From: Pavona decussata
Taxonomy: Eukaryota
Length of the DNA stretch: 64,000 nt
Assembly (NCBI GenBank): GCA_977016875.1
Contig: CDRNST010000104.1
Coordinates: 3,658,001 to 3,722,000 of the forward strand
Direction: 5' to 3'
A program made the translations under genes and the position numbers. Of the stretch, positions 25,401-39,588 are shown one piece after another. A model generated the notes under the pieces. It made no database searches, was not told the origin of the DNA, and saw nothing but the letters and a program-made list of their open reading frames with translations. Position 1 is the first letter of the stretch; each line of letters starts with the position of its first letter.

Positions 25401-28400
25401 CTGACGGTCAATATTTAGCTTTAAGCCATAATCTGATTATGTGCAATGTCACTATGTCATTGCGCAATACAATAAACACCAGAAAAGTATCTATAGGTGT
25501 ACAGCTGAATCTAGCTTAGGATTAAACTACTCGGTAAATATGGGTGGCCCAATACGCACAATAAGACAATGGATAATTTTTCTAGAATGAACCAATGTAA
25601 CATGATACCTCCCTGTAAAAAAAAAACTACCCAACACACTGGTGACAAATGTATAAAGAAAAACTGATCCCGGAAAAACTGATTTTCCCTCCTAATAACT
25701 GAATTGAACACTTGGAGAGAAGAATAGTTATCACTCCATTACATCAATTATTTCAAGCACTAGAGCTTTGCTGCCTCCCTACACACTGAAAAAGGGGGGA
25801 AAGCATTACTCTAGCAAATTCTTCTGCCCAGATTAAACTGCTAAAAAATGCATTGTAAGACCTTTAATGTTGATCACGTCCAGCTATTATAGTTAGGGTC
25901 ATTACACAAGGAAGAAAATGAAAGATTCATCAACGCAAAAATCGTTCAGGTTATCTTTGCACTGTGTACCCAATTCATCTAAGCAACCACTATTCATGGA
26001 TAGGGCACAAACTTCACTGATCATTTTGACAGTACTCAAGTCCACTACTCATGTGACAGATCCGCAGCTTGTTAGCAGTACAGCAAAGACTAACATTTTG
26101 TCTAGTTCCTTCTTTACTCCTGAGCTTTCAATGAAGCTGTCTTTCAAAACTAATCGAAACTCACATTTCTTAACACATTTAAGAGGATTTTACCTCAAGA
26201 AGCATGAAATATGTGTTCAGGATTGACCCTGGATCTTTGTTGGTTCATATTACCTTCTATGGAATCAAGCCCAATCTTGTTCAATTTTCACCTCCAACCC
26301 CATTCTTCCTTGCCTCCTAATTCTATATACCGCTTCCTTAATCCTTGTCTTATCTTCTCCAGGGTTATTGTTCACCACAATGTACACAGCAAACATATAA
26401 CAACAAACGTTTAAACACTTCCTAACTAGCAAACAGACAGTGCATGATTTCAATGCATAAAAATAAAATATCCACTTTCCAATCCCTAAAATGCAAATTA
26501 AATCCATGTTATGTAACCGTAGCATCCCAAATGTCTATATCATTCCTTGTAAAAATGAAACTCATTTTCATTAATTTTATAACATTTTGATGTTTAAATC
26601 CCTTGTACAAGCTCTCCAGTACACCATGAACAATCTATCTTGTTGTACAGAACAAAATAACTGTTCTCCACTGTTCCTTGTTAACTAATTCAACGTCAGA
26701 TCTCTACTCAGTCGTAAACAGATGAGACAAAGGAATTCTTTCGAAATCAAGGACTAAATAATTATTAATGCCATTAAATGAACTTACTGCATGGAAAAGA
26801 AGTTATTCCTTCTTTCTTTGGATTGAATTTGCTGAGAACATGCAAAGATTTTGCAGAGTCATGATTACAAAGCTTTTTTTATGTTATGACAGCTATCATC
26901 ATGTTACTAATTTTCAAAAATTGTCAGCTCGTCAGAAACCAAGAATGGATTTACTGACAAAAATTGTAAACATTAATAAGAAAAGTCTGCTCATATATTT
27001 AACCTATGTTGCAGACAGCAGCAAATAACTTTGTAATGTTTTTACAGCGATTCATTGGGAAAAAATGAATTATAAATGAGGAATTTAAAAAAATATACTG
27101 GTGCGGGTAACCTGCAGTACTATACATTTATGTCACATTTAAATGCCTTCCAAAGAAGGACTTTTTTGAAGGAATTCTAGACTTCACAAAAACTTACAAC
27201 TTGGACTATTCTATTGCTTTTAATACTATGTTTTGAAATTTAGGATGGTTCTAATCATAGTACATTTACAGTACATCTTCTTAATTTTAATAAGTTTATA
27301 ATATTGTTTATAATTATCCTAAATCACCTCCAAACACTGAAAAATCTCAATGGTGCTCTGAGAGGAAAACATTCTAAATATTCAATTGCTATGAAGGGTA
27401 TTTTCAAAATTTAAAGAGCTAAGATAAAAAAAAAGGCAAAACGCAATATACGGCTATTGTTCCACCTTTCATTTGCTGTCGATATACAGAAAAAAAAAAA
27501 CTAAGACAAAGCCCTCTAAAGGCTGGCCTCAAAAAGAGATCGATTTTCTCCACACAATGTGAAATTAATTTCGCCTTCGAAATTCGACACCTGTACATTG
27601 GAAGACGGATCAAAATACAAAGATCCCGGTAGACAAACTTCACTTGATGACCTCGTATCTGAGATAAAACAAATCCTTCACCGAAAATCGCGCCTAACAC
27701 TTGTCTAAAATGCAAATCAACATAAGACACAGGTCTGAAATGCAAATTAAATCAAAGAACTTCGTTTTCGGTCTAGAAGTTCCACTTAATTGTCGGCTTC
27801 AGGGCACTGTGAGTTCACTGGCAATAAAGATGTGTTCGAGTGCACAAGACATGATTAGCGAATTAACACAAAGCCGATACTAACTTAAAATGATTTTTTC
27901 CCGGAGCAAAGCAGAGAATACTCCTGATATTTGCATAAGAAGCGTTTGATCAGTGCAAAACTTTATAGTTGCTGATCCTGTCCTTAGGCAAATCTTGTAC
28001 GAGAATGGGCTAATTCTAGGGTAATAAAACGACTGAAAACCACAAAATTCTTTAAATTATTCAACTGCAGCCTTCTCAAGTGGTACAGCTAGGGTTCTTT
28101 AGAATTTTGCTATCCCTCCACTACAGTGATTGAGCACAATGGGGCTACTCTAATATGTACAGCTACTATCACAGGGAAAATTACTAACCATATACCCATG
28201 ATCACAATATTAAACTTCAATAACATAGCTGTAAAGCCCTGGTTTGGTTACCGAGAAGAGTTATTCACGCGTGCAAAGAAACTAATGAATAGTCAATTCA
28301 AAACTCGGAACTCGAAAGCCTTTATGTGGCGTTTCGAGCGGAGATTTGAATCAACTCCTACAATAGACCTGTTTACAACTCTCTCCTGGCCTAACACAAA

Positions 28401-28950
28401 GGTAAATTCAAGTTGTGTGTACAGCATCTTACACGGGCTTAGAGGCAAAGTTAAGCGAAGTTGTACGCAACAAGCTCAACAACAGTGCCAGATTAATGAA
28501 CAACGCCGTCGAAAAACGCGCAAGATCCACCAGTCAAGACGAATTTGAAGACACAAACGAACGCACAAGAGCCGGCAGTCCACAAAGCTAACTCTGGAGT
28601 CGATCTCTTCATGGCCAGTCGCCGCTATGTTTATAAGTCTCGCTAACGGTATACACGGGTCACAAACTTCTCACAATGCCATAAAAATTTCCTCGCCACT
28701 AACTTTCCAGGAAAATTGCTAAAATATTTAACTATGAAGCGGCAAATTTTGAGTTCAAAATAAAGCCGCGCGCAGGCAAGCCACTCACTATTCAACTCGG
28801 TCGCCGCAACAACCGACAGCAGGTCAAAAACCTTGCCAATTCAAAGCGCTGAGAATCCGTCGAGACTAACTCCAGACAATAAATTATTCACCCAAATTCT
28901 ACGATAAGTTATACATCATCAAGCATATAAGAAGAAGGATAGAAACTCAC

Positions 28951-29700
28951 GTTCATCACGTTATAGATTGTACGGCTTGAAAGTCTCAATCCAATTTTCG
29001 AGTAAATCCTGCCGAAAACAAGTCCGTATTTCGTTCAAGAATTCCTTTTTGCTCACATCATTCCCCTTGAAATCGCCTCCTCTTTCAGTGGGCTATATCC
29101 TGAATCGTGAGGTGTCCAATTGTTATCGCAAACTACGTCTGAAACCTTGAAATTCGTTCAATATAGACTCGAAGAGCTTCGCCCGGTCAGGCTTTCCCAG
29201 ACAAAAAGCCAAGTTTCATTGTAAACGACACACATGCAATCGAAGTGATTGGATGTCGGCGTTCGACCAATCAAACGCCACCTGAAATGTACCGCATTGT
29301 CAATCACCCGCCAACACAAAATCACCCGCGCTTTAGAATTTCCGGTCAAATCACCGAACGCACTTGTAAAACACCGCAAAAAATACTTTGCAGTAAACAC
29401 CGAATTGGTCCGTGTTCAAGTGAACGAACGCTCTCGACGAGAAATCGCCTGGAATCCCAGTCAGCCCGTGACGTGAATTTCGAGCGTCGTATCTCACAGA
29501 TAGGACAAGTGGTGACAAGTTGACGCTGCTTGGCTATTATTTTTATTGATCACACGTGATGGGAACCTTTTTATTGGACAAAATGTATGCAGATTGCTAA
29601 ACAATAAGCGAACAAGGAGGCCATTGACATGAACAAAGGTTGAAAGTGAATCGACCAATCGCCGCGGGCGAACAGAGCTTAAACAGCAGATAAAGCAGCT
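28951..29700 (-). promoter_or_regulatory. ZMIZ1: Candidate main ZMIZ1 promoter and noncoding first exon
   Basis: GTGAGT donor at 28945-28950; CpG-rich; CCAAT boxes (~29248, ~29267, ~29574, ~29655), ETS-like TTCCGG (~29340), CACGTG (~29553); close to the upstream end of the CpG-depleted gene body. Confidence 0.55.
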
Positions 29701-32700
29701 AGTCAACACTAAACGCAGCACGCGTGATTTGAATTTCTGATTTTATGATCTTCGATAGCGTGACTCGAAATCGACTAAACATCGCACCAGGTTGCACGCA
29801 AAAAAATTTCCCCCGCTTGAACATGTCCAAAGATCATTGAACCGCTTCGAATTTTTATATCCCAGAGATCCTGTTACATTTTAGCAAAATCGCCGAATTT
29901 CACTGAATTGTAGAGTGACAAGGTCACTAAAAGAAATAGGGATCGGTTGTACATGTACTTCCTAGCTTGAAAGGCCAAGGGATTTGATTTCAGCCATTAA
30001 TTCTTCCAGTGTTAGCTGGCTGACGGCTGGCATGGCAATCAGACAGCTATAAATATAGAAATGATCACGCAACCCTAACGTGTGACCGCGGGAATTACAA
30101 GAATGGTATCTCTCCCACCTTTTCAGGGGCTGCCCACAACAACAGGATGTTACGTCTGTTAGGTGTTCACGGAACACGTACGAGGAGGGAATCGCATTCG
30201 CCTCTTGCATTGATCGCCTTTCTGAGCCTGGGGGACCACACTTGAAGGTCGTTTAAATCGAAAGCATCGGTTTCTCTCTGTGATACACTTATCTCAAAGA
30301 GCTGTAAAATGTTTTCGAGGTGGAAAAAGACACGTTATTAAGAGGGTGCGGAAAATTAAGCAAATAACAAATGTGACAAGGTTCACGCACACACTCGTGC
30401 AATAATTCACGGCAAAACTCTTGTACTCTTTTCTCGATGAGACAAACATACATTGAAAACTGGGCCTCTGTTCATCATCTGTTCCAGTATGCAGGCTTTC
30501 ATGTCACAAGTCCGTAGTAGTCACAACAATTCGCAGATTCCGTTTACACGAGGAGATGACAAAAACAGTCCGCTCAAGGCACGTGTATTCATAGTCTTCA
30601 CTTTGCATTTTCGAAGATTTGAGGAAGGTAGTAAAATGTCTTGAAGAAATAACATGATGACTGGACGAACTCATTTTTTTTTTTTTTTTTGGAATCAGGT
30701 TAATTATTTATAAAATTGACTCCCAACTATAACTTCCCCTCAGCAACTTTTGCGATTAACCCCTCGTTTACTGCGCCCAAGTCGACGTGCCTCATATTTC
30801 ATTTGCAAAATGTATCTTCGGAACGAAAAACAGGAAAGTACCGTCCAGCCATTTTTGCAAAAGAAAGCAGTGTTCTTGTGACCGCAATACCGAATGTCTG
30901 AGGTTAAAAACAAATATTCTTTTTGCGACTCATACTCAGTAATTTTCGTGCACTTCATTTAGTTCGGTAAGAAATTTCCAATCTCGCGAAAGTAACAGCG
31001 TTTCTGGTTTTCGGCGATTTTACTGTTGTTTCTTTAAAAGTAGCAGTTATTTCCCTGTCACCATGCCGTCATGAGCGAAGTCATCACGGCAACCAAGGCC
31101 ACTTTTTAGCGGCGATTCCCCTAAAACTGACTGACAGTCCAGTGGAAGTAATGGGTAATCACGGCCGGATTTTGATTCAAGGCGGGTTTTCAGCCTACTT
31201 TTTCAAAGCATCAAATCTTAGTTCAACGGTTACTTTGAAATAGCTTCCTGTCTGCATTACAATAAATGGACGGTCATTCTTTTAATATAAATGGGGGAAT
31301 TAGCGAAAAAAGAGCTCGCTTTTATCATCGAAAAATGGCCGCTTTTGTCGTGCAAAATCTGGGCCTACAAAGTCCGTAAGAGATTTATACCCCAGTCCTT
31401 AATAGATCGGTAAATAACTGAGCCGTAAATTTTGCATTATCAGTCACCGCACACGACATGGGAAGCGCATTTGAAAATGATTCTAAATAGATCCAAAATG
31501 CTCTGATCTCTGTTTTGTTTTTGATAAGCCAGGAAAACGATTTTCGGTAATTGTACAGTTTGTTTTGGCGATATATCTCACGATCACGGGCTAAATGTCC
31601 GCAAGAAAATATTTTTATTATTTACCTTTTTATTTTATTTTCTTTGGAAGTCAGTAAAGTTATGCTGTGAGTAAGACAAAAATTTATTGCGGCTTATTAA
31701 ATCTGTGGTGAGCAAGTACTAAAACCTCGAAATTTCATTTATACACACCAAAAGCAAAGTTGGTATTTTATCTAGAAAACACGACGTTGCGCGTACTTAA
31801 AACTGGTTTCTCATCTTCGAAATCACAACGGATAAGAAAAACGAAGAAAGTAAATCCATTTTTATCGTTTATGCCGATCAACGGAATTGAAAACCGAGCC
31901 TTGCAAATTTAAATATTTAAACAATGGTTTTAAAGAAAACCTGTACTGCTGTATATAGCCGGTTTATACGAGAGGATTTGAGGCCGAAACGTATCAACTG
32001 ATAATACTTCAAAAACGCCTTCTTTTTTTTCTTCTTCATTTGTGATGACATGTTTCGGTCTATTTCACGTATTAAACTTTAGTAGAGTCTTTCGCCGGAA
32101 AATACATGGTGATGTATCTAACTGGAGTCTCGCAATAGATAAGACAGCCTATCCCGCTATCTAATTTAAGGATTTCGTTCGAAGTTTTCATCATTTCTGC
32201 AACATACCTTTCTCGATGAAACATCCGTGAGTTGAGTTACGAGCTACCCGCCAACTGGCTAAATCTAATTTCTCGCTAACAAGAAAGGCAAACTTAAAAC
32301 TTTGCTAGCGTTTTTGAATAGTAATAGGCCCATGAATCGCGAATAATATTGATATTTTTATTACTCGAACTGTACAACATTTTGCAATAGGTAAAGCAGA
32401 GGGCAAGGGATCGCTTCAGAGTTGCTAAAGATTTGGCCTTTTGACGCGAAAAGCAAAATAACGCGCACAAAATATACAATATCACTCGAAAGTTAATTGT
32501 GACGAATTTCATTTACAGACAAACTTTGCTTCTATCCAACGACGAATAATTGGTCGAGGTTACAAACCTTTGAAAACCATAACATTCAAACAAGCTCGGC
32601 TGGATTTTTTTTAAGTAAAAAAAAATGAACCTAGTTCAAGCCGAATTTACTCCGCTTACAAAATACGGTCATTGTGGAGCACACCCAGAGGCTCAGGAAC

Positions 32701-32840
32701 GAGTCAATAAAGATTATTTCTACACCCGGGCATCGTACATCAGTCGAATATTTAAATTGCCATTTCCTTGGTTTCGGTGGCGCGCGAGGAAAGTCGACAA
32801 TTTCAACAGTGTTTTTGTCCGCTGGTGTGTCGTTACTCAC

Positions 32841-32889
32841 CTGAGCTGGCTATTCCTGTGGTCTCCAAGTCAATATATTCGAGCTCCAT
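32841..32889 (-). CDS. ZMIZ1: Candidate distal alternative ZMIZ1 N-terminal coding exon
   Basis: ATG-MELEYIDLETTGIASS+G (49 nt, phase 1), perfect CAG|GTGAGT donor, acceptor TTTGTTCGTAG at 32910-32911; in frame with the exon ending at 16195. Confidence 0.5.
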
Positions 32890-35800
32890 CCGCAAGGAAG
32901 TTCACCAACCTACGAACAAAGTAAATTTGAAAATTTATCTTTAATGTTAATTAATTCAAAAATAGATTAGGCTGTCAGGTAGAGCATAAAATTTTCATGC
33001 ATACATGTCATCAATTTAGCCATCGACTGCAGACAGCTGAAAAATTCGCGTTTCACGTTTTCTTCACATTAAGTTAGGATTTCGATAGATTCATCGGTAC
33101 AAGAAACAAGGTTTTGTTTTCTTTTCCGGGTCCGGTTAATTTCCAAAGTTCTGTCAGTTGAAACGTAGTTTTCGATTTAATTTACAGCGTGGCCATGCTT
33201 TCTGATAACGTGGAAATTACTATGCGTCGCGAGTCCAAAATTTTATTAACGCACTTTACACTGTCTATTTTCCAAAAAAAAAAATTACGGTCGCGAATTA
33301 TTATTAATGTTAAAGTTATGTTGTTTGGTTAAATGAGCGCTAAAAAACAAATTCGCTAAATGAATAAACAAAACTATGGCTAACGATTGGGTGTTGTGGC
33401 AGCGCTGGCCAGATTTTAAAATTGCAGCAACGACCCTCTAAATTTCAAATTGGGAGATTTAGCCGGGTCACTTACGAGCGTAAACAGAAGCTTGTTTAAG
33501 GGCGTTGCTAGTTTAAAAAGGGGGTCTTCTCGAACGGTAATCCAAAACAAGGAATCGCACAACTGTAACTTTTCCTTGAAAATAAAATGCAACTTCGAGT
33601 GCATGAGATTAACAGAAACAAACGATCAAAGAACAGTGTGAAATGAAACCTGATACTGTATGCTTTGGTCCTACAAGAATTTCGGGTTGAAATTGTTCCA
33701 ATATATTCCCGGCAACAAATTGTCATATTGCCCGCTCGATCACAGCAAAAGCCGCTGCCGGCGAAAGTTATTGTTCTTTTAGAAGCAGTTAAAGGAAAAA
33801 ACAAAGAAAAAGTCAGCTGTCCACGGCAAAATTTCACAACAACGAAGGAGAAAAATACAGCCAAATCGGAGCTTTGATTTCCTCATTTCATGGCAATTTT
33901 TTTTTTCGTGTTGACAATTAGACTTTTCCGCATATCCTATGCCTTGACGCAAATAGACCGTTGTCAGCCCGCCAACAAACATGTTTATAAAGCCCCGGTC
34001 ATGATACGGTAAGCACAGCTGAAGGGAAGACCAAAAATTGATGAAAAGTAAAATTCTCGAAGGTTTCGCATTTAAAATCTTCGGCTAATTGTTTAAGTAA
34101 TGAAAACAAATTTTCACACCAGAAGACATCTGCAAAATCTTTTTTTTTTTTTTTTTTTCGGCCGAATATGCCATTAAACCACCCGTCGCCAGATTTTATT
34201 TATCCGCAACAATCATTTTCTATTTGATGGTAGACTCAAAACAACTGAACATGCAATTTCCCGCGTTGCTTATAAGAAAAGAAAAATATATTTATTAAGT
34301 TAATGAATGGCTCGCTTGTTTTAGGTCACAGAAATGAATTCATCTCTCGTTTTCTTTTTCTATGCCATTTGTACGTAATCATATACATATACATGTTTAT
34401 GGAATAGTGGACTTATTTCTATCGTGCGAACCAATACGATACTCGCTTTTTTGTAAACGCGCACTTGATTGACAATGTAACGCCACAATAGCTTTCTACT
34501 ATGTTTTGATCAAATCTAAAGCTCAAATTTGCAATATTGTTTTCAGCGAGTGTCCTTTTTTGTGGGTGCTCCCTTCTTCCAACAAGAAATCGTTATTTTT
34601 CGCAATTTCTCCTGCACGGAAAAAAATTTAAAAAAGCACACATATTTGAAAAAAATATTTGCGTTTTTCTCGGGTAACAAACTTGGGCCGCGACTATTTA
34701 AAATTAAAGTTTACTGTAATATTGTTTAACTTTCACAGTTTTTAAGGCTTCTTGGTCTGTGATCGCTTTCTTGCCTCATTACAACAATTCCGTATAATTT
34801 GAAAAGACGATGCAATTGAATATCATCAGTTTTCGAAGGCGTTGTATCGTTAACAGCGACCGCGACTGCATGATTCAACATTCAATGAATGGGATCAGTT
34901 TCCTAACATCCATGCATTGTAGAGAGACGTATAGAGATCAAAATTAAACGAAAATACTATCCTGGTTACATGATTCATAGGGAAAAATGTATTCAATTGC
35001 GAAACTGTTCGCCAGAAATAAACGCCACGTATTTCAACAATAGAGACAAAAGATGAATCGACAGTGGTGGATAAATATATGCTATTCCTTTGCCTAAAAT
35101 GCGTTACTTGGTAACGGATCACTGAAGTTGATCACAGATTTCGAGTCACTGTGACTGGGATTCGAAGTCCCTTTGACAGTCACACATCATTTGAAAATTA
35201 AAAACTATCGCGACAAATAATAATTATCTACAAAAATAACAAACTTGTCGTATGCTTGGTCGACCAGCCTCGCAGCGGTGATGCTATCAGCCCACGGTCA
35301 GTGCACCAGTCCACGCATGCAATAATTTGCTGTATTTCACCACCATAGAACTGATCAATAACAATATCCTCTTTCGTTTCCAACCGAGTGCCTTTTTGCG
35401 ATGAGGACAGGGTGGCCTGTGTTATGGCAACGACAATTTTCACTATAGCATCTGCTTAGCGCTCTTATCGTCAAGACCGATTTGTCAACGTTAAATTTTT
35501 ATTACTCAAATCTGCACCACCTCATATTTACATACGAAATGAACAGTTGCTGCTGCCAGCGAATGACAGCGCAGCTTCGAGACATGTCCATCTTTATGCA
35601 TTGGAAAAGAGGACGTTTTTTTGTTTGTGGGCGGGACATGAACTGATTGATGTAACTGACACCAACATCACTTTACCTCCGCACTAAACATATGGAACTG
35701 AAAATTTACGTATTCAGCCTGAGAAGCAAGTGTTTCCGTAGGATTCTGTTACGTTAAGTAAGGGTCTTTCATTCAAAGGCCGCTCGAAAGTTGATCTCCA

Positions 35801-36911
35801 ATCTGTCAGATAACATTTCGGCTCCCCTTGTAAACCAGGAAGCGACTGTGACGAACGCTAAAAATACTTCAGGCCTCAGGACAATTTAGGTTCATCCAAT
35901 TCCACCACCAACTGCTACAAATTCGACTTTAAATTTTAATAATTTCGTTTCTCTGAAATATAATAAACAGGAAAATGTCTTCCCTTTTGGAAAAATTGAA
36001 ATCAAGATAAACCTTTCTCTATCATTACTGAGGGAATAATACTTTATTTTGTTTGGTGTATTCGATTGTTAACTGAAATCTACTTCCTTCGCGAGAAAAC
36101 AGGTTTGATCCATGTCTTCCTGGAGTTTCGCAATCATGGGTTCACTTTCAAAAGTTAGTAGTGAAAAGCTGCTACGTTATCATGCGATCTTTAGCTGCGT
36201 GAAAGCGTTTCAATCTATTTCACCTTTTTGTTTTCTGTTTTTTTTTTTTTTTTTTCGATAATGGAGTCTAAGAGTGCTTTCCATTTGCCAGAACTGGCTG
36301 GCCGAACCGGCCAGTCTGTAAATCGAATAGGTCATTTTGAATGGATGGTACTACAAAAAAATAATAATCTAGTAACTCCGAAACTGCCACCCGCTTTTTT
36401 GAAGAAATTCGAAGCACTTAAAAATCGAACACATCAATCATAAACGTAATACGTGACAAACAGTAACAAATACAACATAACAATGTCAAATCGAATATGC
36501 GAGAGATTGACGGCCGGCAAAGTTAGCAATGTCATCATGCAACAACGATCGGCTTTTACGCCCGGACCGCAACACATTAACCGACTCCTCGACTCTGACA
36601 GTCCGGGGTACTAACACTGTTTATTATAAAGCCTAATATATTCACTGATCTGCTGAAACCGATGGTAGGAACTGCATCACTGATCGTAAGTTTTGAATTC
36701 GTAGTGAGCGTAACATAATTCATTAGTATGTATAGTAACAATGAAACTTGAAACTGAATTCGAAGAGGACAAAGAAGAAACGGAAGATGATGATGATGGT
36801 GATGATGATGAAGAAGCAAATAAAGAAAAAGAAAGACTGAATTGAAGCAGCAGCAGTATCAGTAACTTATAGCACGTACGTATTTTGAACGAACTTTTAG
36901 CTTATTAGATG

Positions 36912-37052
36912 NNNNNNNNNNNNNNNNNNNNNNNNNNNNNNNNNNNNNNNNNNNNNNNNNNNNNNNNNNNNNNNNNNNNNNNNNNNNNNNNNNNNNNNNN
37001 NNNNNNNNNNNNNNNNNNNNNNNNNNNNNNNNNNNNNNNNNNNNNNNNNNNN
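36912..37052. other. Assembly gap (141 N)
   Basis: Run of N. Confidence 1.
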
Positions 37053-37609
37053 ATCGATCGATCAGTCGCCTGTACCAGTAGTATGAATCTTGGAACCAAG
37101 TCGTGGTTACAATAATGGCATGGTTGAGTAATTTGTATATCAGTTACAGATGCTATAATATTTATGATAGGAGACAGTAGCGATAACTAAAACAGTTGAG
37201 AAGAGAGAAAAAAGAAAACAAACTAGATCAATCACAACTGAATGCAAGTAACCAAAACAAACTTAGGGACGATAATGCGAAAACAAGGCACAGAGAGAAC
37301 GCACAATTAAGGGCACTGCATTGCAAGTTGCAGAAAACATTTTACACGCTGCAAGGCATCTCGAAACATCGCCAAAAGTAAAAGACTAGCGTACATTTCT
37401 TGTTACACCTTTAATGTTTCCGCAGCGTCCCTCGCAGCGGCCTTGTAATTTGTAGGAGAGAAAACTCGCCTGACTAGTAACAGCAGCTTTAACACATTCA
37501 AACAAAATCGCAGGGCGTTGGCTCACAGTTATGCAACCTTTTCGACTAACATTGAGCAAATTCAGTAAAAATAGCCAAAACAAAAAGTATTGATTGATTT
37601 CTTGCCGGG

Positions 37610-37689
37610 CTGACTGACTGACTGACTGACTGACTGACTGACTGACTGACTGACTGACTGACTGACCGACTGACCGACTGGCTGACTGA
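37610..37689. repeat. (CTGA)n microsatellite
   Basis: ~20 units with a few variants. Confidence 0.97.
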
Positions 37690-38704
37690 TTTAAATCTAC
37701 TCAGTTACGATGGTGAACTTTTGAACACCCTTCACTGCTTTTCACCTGGTTCACGAATGACAAGAAAAACAAATAACGCAGTGATATAACCGATAGGAAG
37801 CTGTTGTAACACCAAATGTATTTAGTGCCAGGTGCTGGGAAAGACGCATGTGCTTAGTCACTCCTGGTTCTAACATTCATTACGTCTGATTTTAAAAAGG
37901 CCACATTATATTAGGGTCTAGGAGTCAGCCTTCGGCTTTCTCGTCGTTTTAATTAACGTTTCAAACCATGGACAAAATATTAAGGCGTGGCCATTAAAGA
38001 GAACCATTTAGCTGTGTTGTCGTTTATGCTGTGCGAAGTGATTCTAACTTTTGAGATTGTGATTGAAATCCTAACACGTAACCATTTAATTGAAAGCTTA
38101 TATTACAACCGCCATATCTGATGATACTCTTTATTTTCCATGTGTTTCCAACAAAACTTTCGTTTTTCCCAGTTCTTAACTTTGACCTGACTCTCAGAGT
38201 TAATGTCGAAGGCAATCTAAAGTAGATTGGGTAAAAATAAATCATCAGATGTGGTTACTTTCCGGCTTTTGTTTCTTAAAATGCAGCAAATAGATATATT
38301 AACTACTCTATCATAAGATTATCCATTTACCTGATAAACCCGCGGTGATCGAGTTATGGTTTGTTGGTTGTCACTCGTTTATCGATCAAAGATAAATATT
38401 ATGTATACACAGCTTTGCAGTGAAGACTAAATTACGCAACTACTTCTGTATTGCAACTGAAACCTAATATAGAATAGGATAAAAACAAATGAGAAATATG
38501 CGAGCCTAAAATACAATATGGGCAAATGTAACAACTCAGTTTGACTTTTAATATCTAAACATGACACATAGGTAAAACCTCTGCGCAAAATGCGTGATTA
38601 AAGGATTTCTTAAAACGGTCCATTCTGAAATTGGGCTATGTCATCGAAAAGTTTGCCAGAAAGCGTAGCCCCAGCACCTTTCAGAGAGAGTTTTGGATGA
38701 TTAC

Positions 38705-38809
38705 TAGACTGTGAACAGTCTCTTTCTTCTCCTCAGTTTGTTGCATTATTTTACCGTGACTTTGCGCTCGCGATCTGAGGAAAAACTGAGTTCCACTGCT
38801 CGCAGTCTA
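38705..38809. mobile_element. Small MITE with TAG..CTA termini
   Basis: TAGACTGTGAACAGT / ACTGCTCGCAGTCTA inverted ends. Confidence 0.65.
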
Positions 38810-39588
38810 GAAGACTACATGCATAGCTTTATCTTCGCACGCTCAATATCGTAAGACGAATAGGCAGGCAAACTAATAAGAACAAGTTGATAAACATACT
38901 CGACGACTAATCTACTACAGTTAGAACATGAATGTTGCATTAACCTTGTTTGGTTAACGACTGGTGAAAAAGAGCTTGACTTGACGAGAGTTAAATAAAA
39001 AACTAGTTTAAATTCCCTGAGAGTACATGAGAGTCGATTAGAGAGCATGACAATGCAAATGGAAATGAGCCCCAAGAGCTTTCATCGAATGACCGCATCG
39101 AAAACTTGGACAGATCTTCGGGAGTACAAGAGAGTCTTTGAGTGCGTAAGGCCGTTGTAGGTCAAGAGAGTGCTCGGTTCTAATACATGAATCTTTAAAC
39201 AGATTTAAACTCTTCCAGAGCGCAGACAAGCGAGACTTTGAACGTCTCATCTGAGAGCATGAAAACCTGACAAACCTGAGCAAGTTTTAACTGCCTAAGA
39301 GAGCACGTGTACATGCGCAAGATTCATCACATGAAGAGCTTTATATCCGGCACAGAAGAGAAGGTTTTGAACACCTAGCGAAATAAGAAATGCTTGAAAA
39401 TATGTGCAAATTCGATTTCTTCCAGAGCGCACATGAATAGCCGAGAGTTCATTATTATAGCAAACAACATGAAAACAACACAAATAGTTCAAACCATTAG
39501 CCAAGCGACATTACTAATATCTATCTTCATGCAGTCCAGCCATCGGTCAGTTTGGTGTATATGCCAAGCAATCATAGATCGAGATGAT

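Noticed and set aside
28126-28548. 140-aa + strand ORF and other 60-140 aa ORFs at 20-55 kb
   Set aside because: Many have non-ATG starts; none shows domain motifs or splice support; expected by chance.
36577-37115. Poly-His ORF and ORFs spanning X residues
   Set aside because: Derived from a (GAT)n simple repeat and the N gap.
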